Source: a virus. Taken from it: a stretch of DNA of 64,000 nucleotides. Positions within the stretch are counted from its first letter, which is position 1. Each line of letters opens with the position of its first letter. The position numbers were made by a program, and so were the translations under genes. A model generated the notes under the pieces. It did not search any database. It was given only the letters and a program-made list of their open reading frames with translations, and was not told the origin of the DNA. This document shows, one piece after another, positions 1 to 9,608 of this stretch. Location of the stretch: positions 1 through 64,000 of the IMG/VR virus record IMGVR_UViG_3300031703_000001. One strand, 5' to 3'.

Positions 1-713
1 TATATCCCTTGTTTTACTGCATATACTCTATAAGACATAACACCTCCAGTATAGAATGAAGAATCTACTATAGTCATTGTAGAAGAGAAACCATCTGGTG
101 CAATTTGTGCAACTATACCGTAATCCGCTCCATCATCAGAAGACCATACTTGATAGTAATCAATATCCGGTGTTGATGATTGGTTGAAAGATATTTCTAT
201 TGTTTCACCTACTATTGAATTACTTATAGTTAAAGGTGGTGTTGGAGGAACTCTTCCTACAAGATTATCTACATAAGATTTACTTGCAGCATCTGTACTT
301 GCTGATACGGTATCTATTCCTTGAATACGTCCTGTACCAGATAAAATAATACTTCCATTCCCAACAGTTATACCATTGGTAACAGACATGGTATTACCAA
401 CACTAATACTTCCTGTTATTGAACCACCAGTAAGTGGTAAAAATCTACCATCTATATCAACTGTAATAGCTGATAAACCACTTCTATTTAATGTTAGTAT
501 TCCATTACCTGTATTAAATGAAACTGAAGATACATAGTTATTTGTTGAACTAGTACCTGCTCCAATATATGATCTAAGAGTTGATCCTGTAACATACTTT
601 ATGACCCCATTATCTGACATCAAAAACCTATCAGTATCAGAACCAATATTTGCTATATCAGATATTGTTACTGATCCCTGTATATTTTGAGAAGATAAAA
701 ACTGTATTGCCAT
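1..713 (-). CDS. Tail fibre-like protein, N-terminal part (runs off the left edge)
   Basis: Not in the ORF track. ATG at 713 reads MAIQFLSSQNIQGSVTISD... and stays open to the edge. G/S/T-rich, with TDAASKSYVD and RFLPLTGGSITG fibre motifs and an FN3-like segment (ISFNQSS..IDYYQVW..YRVYAVK). Confidence 0.75.
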   Translation of the reverse strand, partial: MAIQFLSSQNIQGSVTISDIANIGSDTDRFLMSDNGVIKYVTGSTLRSYIGAGTSSTNNYVSSVSFNTGNGILTLNRSGLSAITVDIDGRFLPLTGGSITGSISVGNTMSVTNGITVGNGSIILSGTGRIQGIDTVSASTDAASKSYVDNLVGRVPPTPPLTISNSIVGETIEISFNQSSTPDIDYYQVWSSDDGADYGIVAQIAPDGFSSTMTIVDSSFYTGGVMSYRVYAVKQGI

Positions 714-745
714 AATATTGTATATATTTTGCTAAGATAATTAAT

Positions 746-792
746 AATAAAAGAGGGAGTCAAAGAATTATACTTTAAATCCCTCTTTTATT
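746..792. terminator. Intrinsic terminator-like hairpin
   Basis: AATAAAAGAGGGA (746-758) pairs with TCCCTCTTTTATT (780-792), just downstream of the 701-aa gene. Confidence 0.7.
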
Positions 793-804
793 AGATATCA
801 TTTT

Positions 805-2910
805 TTATCTTACTTTCATAAGGTTGCAAATTAATGAACCTGCAAGTTGAGTTTTTGTACATGAAAATGTTACATCTCCATTAGAAGCACATTCTACAGC
901 CATAAATTGCTGAGTACCTTTTTCATATGTATACACCTGAACAATTTTAGGTGATGTACCTAAACCATGTTGAGCTGCTGTTATAGTCCATGTAGCAGTA
1001 TCTGTTGATGGAAGTCTATCTGAGAAAGACTGTTTATCCAAATGTTCCTTTAATGTTCTAGGGACAACTGCATCACTTGCATTTGTTCCTGCATCTACTT
1101 CTGCTTGAGTTGCTATTTTAATTCCACCTAAAATTGATGTTGTTGCTGTAGGTAAACTATATATTGAATTTGTCCAAGGAACATTCACAACTAGTTTTTT
1201 TGCAGCACTATACTGAACACTATATGTTCTATTAGTGGTTGTACTAGTTGATACGGGAGCACTTGGGTTTGAACCATTTACATTGGCGCTAAACACACTA
1301 CCCGTTAATACAATACCATCACCAGCAGTATATGTGTTATTTACTCCTGTTATAACTATTTGATTACCGCTTACAGCAGTAGTAACACTACCATTACCTT
1401 TAATTTTAAATGATGTATTTGCACCAACTGCTGTTTGAGATCCTGTATCACCAGTGATTGTTTTAAATACATCTTGTATTACATTGGGTGCAAGATTTGT
1501 TATAGTTCCTGTACCTCCAGCATATGTAACTCCTATTTCACCACCAGTTCCTTTTACATTACCAATACCAACTGTTGTTCCTGTAGCTAAATCTGTATCA
1601 GATTGTACTATAATAAAAGAAGCTTCTGTAGCTGCTCCTGCTCCTGCATTAGCTTGTACAATAACCGAATCACCAGGTGTTAATGGTGTTGCTGGATTTC
1701 CAAAAAAGTTACCTGCCTTAGTAACTACATAGTAATCACCAATTGCCACCGGTACATTTGTGTATAGATCACCACCTGAACCATTTGCTAAGATACCCGT
1801 TGCAGCATTAAAACCACCTTTGAATTCTAGTAAACCTGTAACTGCAGCTTGTACAAATGCAGTTGTAGCTATTTTTGTAGAACTATCTCCTGAAGCAGGA
1901 GTTTGAACATAACCATAACCATTGCTATCTCTACCAATAAGTCTATCTGCTGTTGCAGTTGTTGTTCCTAGAACATTAACTGTTAATCTATCTGTACTAC
2001 TTGCTACTGTTGATACATATGAACCACCTGCTATGTCAACTGTATTACCATTTGCTATAGTTTGATTTGATCCACTATCACCTGATAAAATCCAAGAAGA
2101 CATTGTTCCTGTACCACCTGTATATGCAATTGTTACACCACCTGCAGAACTAGTTGTAGATATATTACTACCACCTAATATATTTATAGCACCATTATTT
2201 GGTATTGAGGTAGAAGCACCTGCTGAACCAGAAAGTGAAATACTATTAAAAGGTAATGTATTTGTAATAGTTAATTTACCCGTTGCTGATGCAACAGTGG
2301 ATATACCATTACCTTGTAAAAAGGAAGCTGTAGAACCACTTGTAATAACTTGACCAGCACCACTTGAACCTGCTAATGTCCATCTACCTGAAGCAAGTGT
2401 TGGAAAACTAACCAAATCACCTTGACCATTTATATATTGACCCGCTGTTCCTTGAGGTGTAATACTTATAGATGCTGAACCAGTTGGATTACCAACGGAT
2501 CCTTTTAATGCATCACCTGTAATTGCAATAGCAACATTAGTTACTGTACCAATTGCAGAATCTGTAGCGTTTATGGTGAGCTCTGTTGCACTTGTTCTAA
2601 CCACGGATACATTTGTACCACCTGTAATAGTTACGTTATCTTGTGTACCGTCACTACCATCTAAACCTATAGCGGTAGTTCCTACTGGAACATTTAAATC
2701 ATAAGTTGTGTTTCCATCTGATCCTGTTTGAAAATTAATCCATGAACCATCTGCAAAGAGTCTAAGTTTTTTAGTAGCTGTATCATAGTATATTTTACCT
2801 TCAAATCCCGTAGGAGCAGATGCTAAATTGTCTATGACAACTTCTTTCAACTCATTGTTGTTTAGTTTAATGTTACCTAGAACATTTAAACCGGAGAGAA
2901 ATTGAATCAT
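805..2910 (-). CDS. Tail fibre / fibre-like virion protein (701 aa)
   Basis: G/T/S-rich repeats; fibre motifs STKIATTAFV and GGIKIATQAEVDAGT..AVVP; C-terminal HGLG domain. Confidence 0.8.
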   Translation of the reverse strand: MIQFLSGLNVLGNIKLNNNELKEVVIDNLASAPTGFEGKIYYDTATKKLRLFADGSWINFQTGSDGNTTYDLNVPVGTTAIGLDGSDGTQDNVTITGGTNVSVVRTSATELTINATDSAIGTVTNVAIAITGDALKGSVGNPTGSASISITPQGTAGQYINGQGDLVSFPTLASGRWTLAGSSGAGQVITSGSTASFLQGNGISTVASATGKLTITNTLPFNSISLSGSAGASTSIPNNGAINILGGSNISTTSSAGGVTIAYTGGTGTMSSWILSGDSGSNQTIANGNTVDIAGGSYVSTVASSTDRLTVNVLGTTTATADRLIGRDSNGYGYVQTPASGDSSTKIATTAFVQAAVTGLLEFKGGFNAATGILANGSGGDLYTNVPVAIGDYYVVTKAGNFFGNPATPLTPGDSVIVQANAGAGAATEASFIIVQSDTDLATGTTVGIGNVKGTGGEIGVTYAGGTGTITNLAPNVIQDVFKTITGDTGSQTAVGANTSFKIKGNGSVTTAVSGNQIVITGVNNTYTAGDGIVLTGSVFSANVNGSNPSAPVSTSTTTNRTYSVQYSAAKKLVVNVPWTNSIYSLPTATTSILGGIKIATQAEVDAGTNASDAVVPRTLKEHLDKQSFSDRLPSTDTATWTITAAQHGLGTSPKIVQVYTYEKGTQQFMAVECASNGDVTFSCTKTQLAGSLICNLMKVR

Positions 2911-2948
2911 AATATTGTTTTTATTTTGTTATTAATTGTTATTCTTTT

Positions 2949-3485
2949 TTAATTTAAAAATGCACATCCTTTAAATGGTGTGCTAAACGTCACCTGTAAT
3001 ACATTGGTATTAATATAATCTACTTGACCAACCACTACTTCATTGTTATCATCCACAATAGTTACAGATGGGAATTTCCCTAAATTATGTGTAACGGTTA
3101 ATACAGTCAATTTTGATTCAAAACATTGAGTGAATGTACCTTTGTCTTTTAGTATAGCAGCCAAATCAATTATTGTACATACATTACTTGGAGTTGCAGG
3201 ACAAGCTAAACTTGCGTCTTCATTTATAGGAGCTAAAGGTTCTATAAATACCCCTTCTACCTCAGTAGTAAGAATAAGCTTATCACTTTTACTATATTTC
3301 CATTCAGACATAAAGTGTGCTGTAACAGCAGATTCATAATTAACGTAACAACACGGAGTTATTCCAAACTTGATTTCCCTAAATACAACATAAGCTTGTT
3401 GAGCAAATTCTTTCTCAATACTTATTCTCTTGTTGAGAGCCAACTCAGCAGTGTATACACTATTAGATCTTTTTGCTATAGCCAT
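2949..3485 (-). CDS. Virion protein, possible fibre adaptor/hub
   Basis: C-terminal THNLGKFPSVTIVD domain resembles the C-terminus of the adjacent fibre; lies in the structural operon. Confidence 0.5.
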   Translation of the reverse strand: MAIAKRSNSVYTAELALNKRISIEKEFAQQAYVVFREIKFGITPCCYVNYESAVTAHFMSEWKYSKSDKLILTTEVEGVFIEPLAPINEDASLACPATPSNVCTIIDLAAILKDKGTFTQCFESKLTVLTVTHNLGKFPSVTIVDDNNEVVVGQVDYINTNVLQVTFSTPFKGCAFLN

Positions 3486-3486
3486 T

Positions 3487-3678
3487 TTATTTATTTCTTA
3501 AATCTTTTATTTGTTGAGCAGCTAATTGTAATTCTAAATTACTTTGTTTAGGTGGTGCTTTTACATTTGAAGAACTGTTATATTCAGTAAGACAAGTTTT
3601 GTGCACAATTACTCCATTATTTACTACATGCTTTTGGCATCCGCAAGTAAAGGGTTTACTACAATGGCTACAATTCAT
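3487..3678 (-). CDS. Small Cys-rich protein (CxxC..CGC)
   Basis: 63 aa, tightly packed in the operon. Confidence 0.6.
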   Translation of the reverse strand: MNCSHCSKPFTCGCQKHVVNNGVIVHKTCLTEYNSSSNVKAPPKQSNLELQLAAQQIKDLRNK

Positions 3679-3699
3679 AATTTTGGTTATTAGTTTACA

Positions 3700-4275
3700 T
3701 TAAAATATATAAGGATTAGTTCCTCCACAATTACCTGAAGGACAATGTATTTTTCCTAATCTTTGTTTAGCATAAGTATATAGTTGCATACCTTGTGCTG
3801 ATGATTGACAATATTCAACATTTGCAACAGCAGCATCAATAAGAGTTTTAATGAAATGTAATTCACTTAATATTTCTTGTTTAGTGCTTTCTGGTTGGCA
3901 TGCTTGAACATCAAGATCACATAGAGCTTGATAATAATCAGTAAGTAAACTAGTTACTCTCAAATGATTATACTCTACAAAAACTTTGGATGTTGGAGAT
4001 ACACTATACCTAATAATGTAGATACCATCTGCCAATGCTTGTTGTTTTGTTCCACAATCATCTTTCTGTAAAGCAAGAACGCATGCTGTTAAACACATGT
4101 CAAACTTACTATCTACTTTGATTAATACGGGAACAGAATATCCAGGTAGAGTGATCAATAGTTCTTCACAATCTACAGCTAGATCAGCAGCATACTGACT
4201 AGTATCTTTGATACATAATAATTCACAGTTTGATACTGTGGGTATTTCTAAACTTAATATATGCTTATTTGCCAT
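3700..4275 (-). CDS. Cys-rich virion/tail protein
   Basis: 191 aa with 11 Cys; DGIYIIRY Ig-like strand; structural operon. Confidence 0.55.
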   Translation of the reverse strand: MANKHILSLEIPTVSNCELLCIKDTSQYAADLAVDCEELLITLPGYSVPVLIKVDSKFDMCLTACVLALQKDDCGTKQQALADGIYIIRYSVSPTSKVFVEYNHLRVTSLLTDYYQALCDLDVQACQPESTKQEILSELHFIKTLIDAAVANVEYCQSSAQGMQLYTYAKQRLGKIHCPSGNCGGTNPYIF

Positions 4276-4305
4276 GATTTAATACTTTAATACTCTATAT
4301 ACAAT

Positions 4306-4315
4306 AATATACAAA
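4306..4315 (-). promoter_or_regulatory. Putative phage late-promoter motif TTTGTATATT
   Basis: Exact copies at 4306, 21556, 58637 and 59418, all intergenic and upstream of minus-strand genes. Confidence 0.55.
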
Positions 4316-4335
4316 AAAACTAGGTATAATGAAAT

Positions 4336-4365
4336 AAAAAGAGCAGGATTTTTAAGTCCTGCTCT
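4336..4365 (-). terminator. Intrinsic terminator
   Basis: AGAGCAGGA/TCCTGCTCT stem with a T-tract on the minus strand, after the 412-aa gene. Confidence 0.75.
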
Positions 4366-4414
4366 AATTAATTTAAAAGCTTACGCTTTTTTATGTAAGA
4401 CTATTTCCTACTGA

Positions 4415-5653
4415 CTACCAGTAAAGGTTAGTTTCTACTGCAATGTTATTACCAGCTCCATTAGCTAATACTACCAATTTAGCTAAGATTGCTTCAACTG
4501 CTGTTTTTGCAGCTGTATCAGTATCTTTAACAAAAATTTGGTAAACATATTGGTCATTGTCAAAAGTACTTGACGGGTTGTTAAATCTTGGAACAACGTG
4601 TTGTACATAGTATGCTTTGTAAACAGCACTTCTGTCTACTGCACCAAGTAACTCATCAGACATTTCAACTTCTCTGATTCTAGCACTGTCAGCATTTCCT
4701 TGGTTATAAGGAGATTGACGGTATCTTTCAGATAAAATTAAAGCTCTAACAACTTCTTCACCTTGTGTTTGTTCCATTGAACCAGGAGTTCTTGTAGCAG
4801 TACCACAATCATTACATGGATTTCCAGTTTCATCTAGAATACTTGCAATAATTTCAACAGGTTCTGCGTTATAATGATCTCTTGTATCAAATGAACAGTT
4901 ACCAAATTTAGTATCAACATAAGCACCAACAAAACTTACAGTTGCACTAACAGTAGCAGCAGCAGCATTTGGTGTTAATGAAGGAGTGTAATTTCCAGAA
5001 GCAGCAGTTCCCATTGCTTGTGCAATAGTGTATGTTGTACTAACAACTGCACCAGCAGCATCAGTTACAGATACAACTATACCACCACCACTTGGCTCAG
5101 AAACAAAAGGTTTGATCAATGCATTCTCTAAGATCATTGCAGCTTCAGTAGCAAGTACTAATGCTGGATCTAAAAATTCTTGACCATCAGCACAACAAAT
5201 GTTTGCTGAATCACCAATTGCATAAGCATTGTGATTTAAGAAACGTAATGCTGGAGAACCTTTAACATCCATTCTCATGAATTGTGTAGTTCCACATGGA
5301 GTACATTCTGCTCCTAATGATAAACTTGCAGTTGCTTGAGATGCAGCACGTGCGTCTACTTCCCAAACTCTTGAAATATATTTTGGATTAATCCCTTTAG
5401 ACTTTACTGATTCTTTGTAACCACCATGTCCAGGATTGTTTCCAATTGAGTCCTTTGTATAGAAGCTACCTTGTACCAAGTAAGCCAATGAATTAGCAGG
5501 TACTACACCACCTGGAACAGCAATTGTCTCCCAGTTTGAGTCTACTACTAATCCTAATTGCCCTGCAGTTAATGCTGCAGTTGAAACACCACCAGCTACG
5601 TCAGCTGAAGATGCTACAAACGTTTTAAAAAACGCATTGTTAAAATATGCCAT
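4415..5653 (-). CDS. Abundant structural protein (possible auxiliary capsid protein)
   Basis: 412 aa, Ala-rich, flanked by its own promoter-like motif and terminator; position matches the crAss-like post-MCP structural genes. Confidence 0.55.
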   Translation of the reverse strand: MAYFNNAFFKTFVASSADVAGGVSTAALTAGQLGLVVDSNWETIAVPGGVVPANSLAYLVQGSFYTKDSIGNNPGHGGYKESVKSKGINPKYISRVWEVDARAASQATASLSLGAECTPCGTTQFMRMDVKGSPALRFLNHNAYAIGDSANICCADGQEFLDPALVLATEAAMILENALIKPFVSEPSGGGIVVSVTDAAGAVVSTTYTIAQAMGTAASGNYTPSLTPNAAAATVSATVSFVGAYVDTKFGNCSFDTRDHYNAEPVEIIASILDETGNPCNDCGTATRTPGSMEQTQGEEVVRALILSERYRQSPYNQGNADSARIREVEMSDELLGAVDRSAVYKAYYVQHVVPRFNNPSSTFDNDQYVYQIFVKDTDTAAKTAVEAILAKLVVLANGAGNNIAVETNLYW

Positions 5654-5789
5654 AATTTATAATTTTGTGTGGAGACCATTTCCTCCACTGGTTATATATA
5701 ATGATTTTAACAGTTTACTCTGCTTGTAACAGTTGTGTTACTATAATAATATACTATATTTTAGTTTAAAAACCTATTAAGTTTAGAAT

Positions 5790-6494
5790 TTAATTATTAC
5801 GCTCTGCTGCTGCTTGTCCTCTTTGTTGTTGATATATGTTTTCTATATCACCTGCAATTAAAGCGGCAGTGTCATCTAACATCAATTCTGTCACATCATC
5901 TTTAAATTCACAAGGAATATTAACAGCGGATACTACTCCAGTATATGGATCAACACAATTAAGTATTTCAATATAAACAGGCATTCTATAATAAGTTAAT
6001 ACTGGATTAACTATTGTAAAATCAGTGTCTCTATATATCCTAATTGTATTACTTAACATTGTACAAAATGTTTCTCCCCATTCAAAGTCCGGATTTTTCA
6101 ACGGATCTCTAAGTATTAAAGGAACATTTGCTTCTTCTGCTAAATAAACTGTCATACTTCTAGCAGGACAGCATTCAGTTTTTCCATCTGCGCTAATCCT
6201 TTTGTATTCCAAGTAATTACCCACTGGGAAATTATTTGACTCAAAGTATGTATCAGTTGTTGTTCCTGTTAAAGAGTGTTCTGTCAACAAAGGTTGTAAG
6301 TCATCAATTCTTCTTTTTGACAACTCATCACCTTCCTTGTACATGTTACCACCGTGCAGATTTCTTCTACACCACTCTACTTGTGATTTATTAAAAGCCT
6401 CAACAAACTGCCAACATTCTATGTTGTCATAGTCTTGACTATCAAGTTTGTTTAGCCTTTGCTTTAGCTTTATTAATAGAGTGTTATTATTCAT
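5790..6494 (-). CDS. Tail ring/tubular (head-tail adaptor) protein
   Basis: 234 aa; LNKLDS..FNKSQ N-terminus and LTYYRMP motif; conserved position after the MCP in crAss-like phages. Confidence 0.55.
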   Translation of the reverse strand: MNNNTLLIKLKQRLNKLDSQDYDNIECWQFVEAFNKSQVEWCRRNLHGGNMYKEGDELSKRRIDDLQPLLTEHSLTGTTTDTYFESNNFPVGNYLEYKRISADGKTECCPARSMTVYLAEEANVPLILRDPLKNPDFEWGETFCTMLSNTIRIYRDTDFTIVNPVLTYYRMPVYIEILNCVDPYTGVVSAVNIPCEFKDDVTELMLDDTAALIAGDIENIYQQQRGQAAAERNN

Positions 6495-6505
6495 TGTCTA
6501 TGTAT

Positions 6506-7522
6506 TTATGATGCCCAATATGGTTCAACTTTACTTAAAATAGACATAAGAGTTTCTTCATTTGTTGGATTCTTTAAGAATTCCAAGCATTCTGAAGGAG
6601 TTTTTCCTAGTCTGATACCACTATCAATTGGTTCAATCCAACCTCCAGCTTTTGTTGTTATAAATCTGTAGTATAAAGCATCTTTAATAAGAGCTCTAAT
6701 TTTTAATTCTTCCATGTCAAGCTGAGATACTTCTAAAAACTGACTTGCAGCTTTCTTCTTAGAAGATTCAGTACCAAATCCATTAATATAGTTATCCATA
6801 TTTTCATATAAGATATCATTAGGAGTAGATTTAATATATTGAACACTATCAGTATCACAAATTTTAGCAACATACATTAATTTAGTTGCATTTGAATCAT
6901 ATAGTTTCTGTAATTCAACTAATGATCTGTTTTTCAACTTACTTAATTCTGTTCTTGTACTTAAACTTTCTTCAACAGTATCTAAATAAAACTTTGGTGG
7001 ATTATTTGATTCTCTTGCTGTTCTTAATGATTTAGCAACAATAGAAAAACCACCTGCATTGATTGCAAATAACTTAATTAAGTCATAAGGATCTTTATCT
7101 GGATCTAAAAATACAGGATCATTACCACATCTTAAACTAATTTTATCCCAAAATGCAGAATTATCAGGCTTCATAATAGTTAACTTATTCCAAAATTCTT
7201 TATCATTTGGATCAACTACATTTGCTGCTAATTCAGCTTCTAACTGAGCAACAGTTTTTCTAATTTCTGCAATCTTAGCTTTTTTCTTATCTTTAGATAA
7301 CATCTTTACATCAGGAGCAAACTCATTAAGTCCTGTTACATAGCGCTTTACACCATTCATTTCTAGACATGCTAAAGTTTCCTCATGAAATACTCCATCA
7401 TGAAGAGATAGACCATAAGACTCTAATCCCATGTTTTCTTTTCCTGCACTGAAATAAGGACGTACTGCAATAGTTGCACTTTTTCCCTGTTGATACTTTT
7501 CTACAATTGTGTAATCCTTCAT
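6506..7522 (-). CDS. Conserved crAss-like protein downstream of the MCP
   Basis: 338 aa, synteny with the capsid module. Confidence 0.5.
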   Translation of the reverse strand: MKDYTIVEKYQQGKSATIAVRPYFSAGKENMGLESYGLSLHDGVFHEETLACLEMNGVKRYVTGLNEFAPDVKMLSKDKKKAKIAEIRKTVAQLEAELAANVVDPNDKEFWNKLTIMKPDNSAFWDKISLRCGNDPVFLDPDKDPYDLIKLFAINAGGFSIVAKSLRTARESNNPPKFYLDTVEESLSTRTELSKLKNRSLVELQKLYDSNATKLMYVAKICDTDSVQYIKSTPNDILYENMDNYINGFGTESSKKKAASQFLEVSQLDMEELKIRALIKDALYYRFITTKAGGWIEPIDSGIRLGKTPSECLEFLKNPTNEETLMSILSKVEPYWAS

Positions 7523-7559
7523 TGTTTTTTGGTTTTTAAAATTAATAATTATGCGTAAT

Positions 7560-7567
7560 CAAAGGTA
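7560..7567 (-). promoter_or_regulatory. Bacteroidota sigma70 -7 element (TACCTTTG)
   Basis: Matches TAnnTTTG, about 40 nt upstream of the 7522 start. Confidence 0.5.
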
Positions 7568-7645
7568 CGTATCATATTTAGACATTGTACATTTTATATA
7601 ATAATAATTTCTAAAGCAAGATTTTACTCTTGCTAAAGTTTTTAA

Positions 7646-7876
7646 TTATGCATTAATAACAATTTTCAGAACTCCATCTGTATGGTAAAGATCACCTGCA
7701 ACTAATCCAGCTGTTTTAGCAGCGGCATTATCAGCATGGTTCTCTTTTGCAGCTTCTACTCTGATCCAGTTTATCACCTCATTTACATGAAGCAATCTAG
7801 CTGTACCAGTAGTATCCCTCTTACCTACATATGCAGGATCCTGAAATTTCTGAGTTACTTTTTTTAGTTGTGCCAT
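7646..7876 (-). CDS. Small virion/decoration protein
   Basis: ADNAAAKTAGLVAGDLYHTDGVLKIV resembles a motif common at fibre C-termini; immediately after the MCP. Confidence 0.55.
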   Translation of the reverse strand: MAQLKKVTQKFQDPAYVGKRDTTGTARLLHVNEVINWIRVEAAKENHADNAAAKTAGLVAGDLYHTDGVLKIVINA

Positions 7877-7895
7877 GATTATTTTTTAAAAGATT

Positions 7896-7929
7896 AAAAA
7901 AAAGGGAGGAGTTTTACCACCTCCCCTTT
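7896..7929 (-). terminator. Terminator after the MCP
   Basis: AAAGGGAGG/CCTCCCCTTT stem with a long T-run on the minus strand. Confidence 0.75.
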
Positions 7930-7943
7930 AAATTTAAATGTCC

Positions 7944-9563
7944 CTAGAATGAACCACCTGTGATTGGGTTTCTCATTACAATTTTAAGAACTTTAGTAGG
8001 ATCTTTCACCCAGATAGCTGGCATAGTTTGAGTCATCATAACTCTATAACCATTGAAGTTTCCAGTAGAAGCAAACCCTTGAGTTCTTCCCATATAATCC
8101 ATTGTACCATTTTGGTAGAACCATTTTAATTGGTTATCCCAAGATAATTTCAATAAGTGGATGTTATCATTTCCTTCATCTGTTACATCAAAGATAATAA
8201 AACTAAATGAGCTTAAAGGTCTTCCATCAATTAATGGATTCTCAATATCATTTGTGTTTAAGTTATCAAATGCAGGATTCAATACAAACTTAACGTTAGC
8301 TAAGAAAGGAATAGTGAAGCTTGTGTAAGCAAAACCATAATCTAAATCCATACCTGAACCTTTTACAGCTCCAATATCAGATGCATTTTGAACTAATCCA
8401 GAACCATATACTTCATCAGCAATAGCTTTGTTGATTAACTGCATTCCTGCAATACCTGTTTGTACAACAAGTGATCTTTGAGGATCTGGCCCTTTGAATT
8501 CAACCTTACCTTGGTAGAAGTTGTATAATTCAGACTTGAACATATCTAAAGTGAATGAAGACTTATTATAAACTCTTTTGAATGAGTTGTCTAATTGTGC
8601 CCATAAACCTACAGATAATCTAATGTCATCCGGTCCATCTTGTTTAATTCTACCACCTTTACCCCACATAAGGTAAGTTTCAATATCAGTAGCAATCTTA
8701 GATAAGTGTGCCGCTTCCATGTTTGTGATAAATGTTCTTGTAAGAGATCCGCTTTCAAATGCTTCTCTAGCTCCTGCTTTACCCATGTTAGCAACTAATC
8801 CTTCAATACTTGGTACAGATGGGTTGTTTGCGTCAGCGTTAAAGTTTCTCCAAATCTCAGTAACAGGTACAGTACCATCAGCGTTTAAACCACCTTTGAT
8901 CATTAAATCTGCTCTAGAAGAAATTGAATAATGAACGTGTGCTTCAGCTCCACCTACAAAGTTGTAGAATTCACGGAAACCAGATCCAGTTTCAATATCA
9001 GAGAAACGTTCTCCGTACTCACCTCTTGCAGAACCTTTTCTGAAGAACTTAGTACCTTTAGCTAAATACTTATTATCTAAGCTAGCTGCGTTGTTGTTGT
9101 TTACTAATTGAACAGTATAGATAAAACCGTCACCAGCTGGAATGATATCATCCGCTGTAATGTAAAGTTCTAAACCATTGTATTTATCATAAGTGATAAT
9201 ATCACCATGACCAAAAGTTCTTTTAGAAATTTTAATTTTGAATGTAGTACCGTCTACACCTTTTGCTTCACTTGCAGGTTCAATATCCGCTACTATGTAG
9301 GGAAGATCTTGTGCAATTGGAGTTTGCCATTTATACTCACCACGTGCATTGTCTACCATGATAGTGTTCTTTCCACCGAATGATGCCATTTGATACAAAG
9401 GCATTTCTACCTTTTGTGTCATAGCCCATAAGTCTACTGGACCCATATCCATAGGCTCAGCGTTACCCAACATCTGGGTAAGGTGATAAGAATCTACATG
9501 AGAACTAGCTTTGTAGCTTGTATCTCTTAGGAAAATTCCATTGTTTAATACTGGAGTTGCCAT
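7944..9563 (-). CDS. Major capsid protein (crAss-like, HK97 fold)
   Basis: 539 aa; order TerL-portal-acidic scaffold-this gene; codon usage suggests high expression; strong terminator follows. Confidence 0.85.
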   Translation of the reverse strand: MATPVLNNGIFLRDTSYKASSHVDSYHLTQMLGNAEPMDMGPVDLWAMTQKVEMPLYQMASFGGKNTIMVDNARGEYKWQTPIAQDLPYIVADIEPASEAKGVDGTTFKIKISKRTFGHGDIITYDKYNGLELYITADDIIPAGDGFIYTVQLVNNNNAASLDNKYLAKGTKFFRKGSARGEYGERFSDIETGSGFREFYNFVGGAEAHVHYSISSRADLMIKGGLNADGTVPVTEIWRNFNADANNPSVPSIEGLVANMGKAGAREAFESGSLTRTFITNMEAAHLSKIATDIETYLMWGKGGRIKQDGPDDIRLSVGLWAQLDNSFKRVYNKSSFTLDMFKSELYNFYQGKVEFKGPDPQRSLVVQTGIAGMQLINKAIADEVYGSGLVQNASDIGAVKGSGMDLDYGFAYTSFTIPFLANVKFVLNPAFDNLNTNDIENPLIDGRPLSSFSFIIFDVTDEGNDNIHLLKLSWDNQLKWFYQNGTMDYMGRTQGFASTGNFNGYRVMMTQTMPAIWVKDPTKVLKIVMRNPITGGSF

Positions 9564-9608
9564 AATTTTACTTGTTTTTAATTAATTAATTGTTTATATA
9601 TTTGATTG

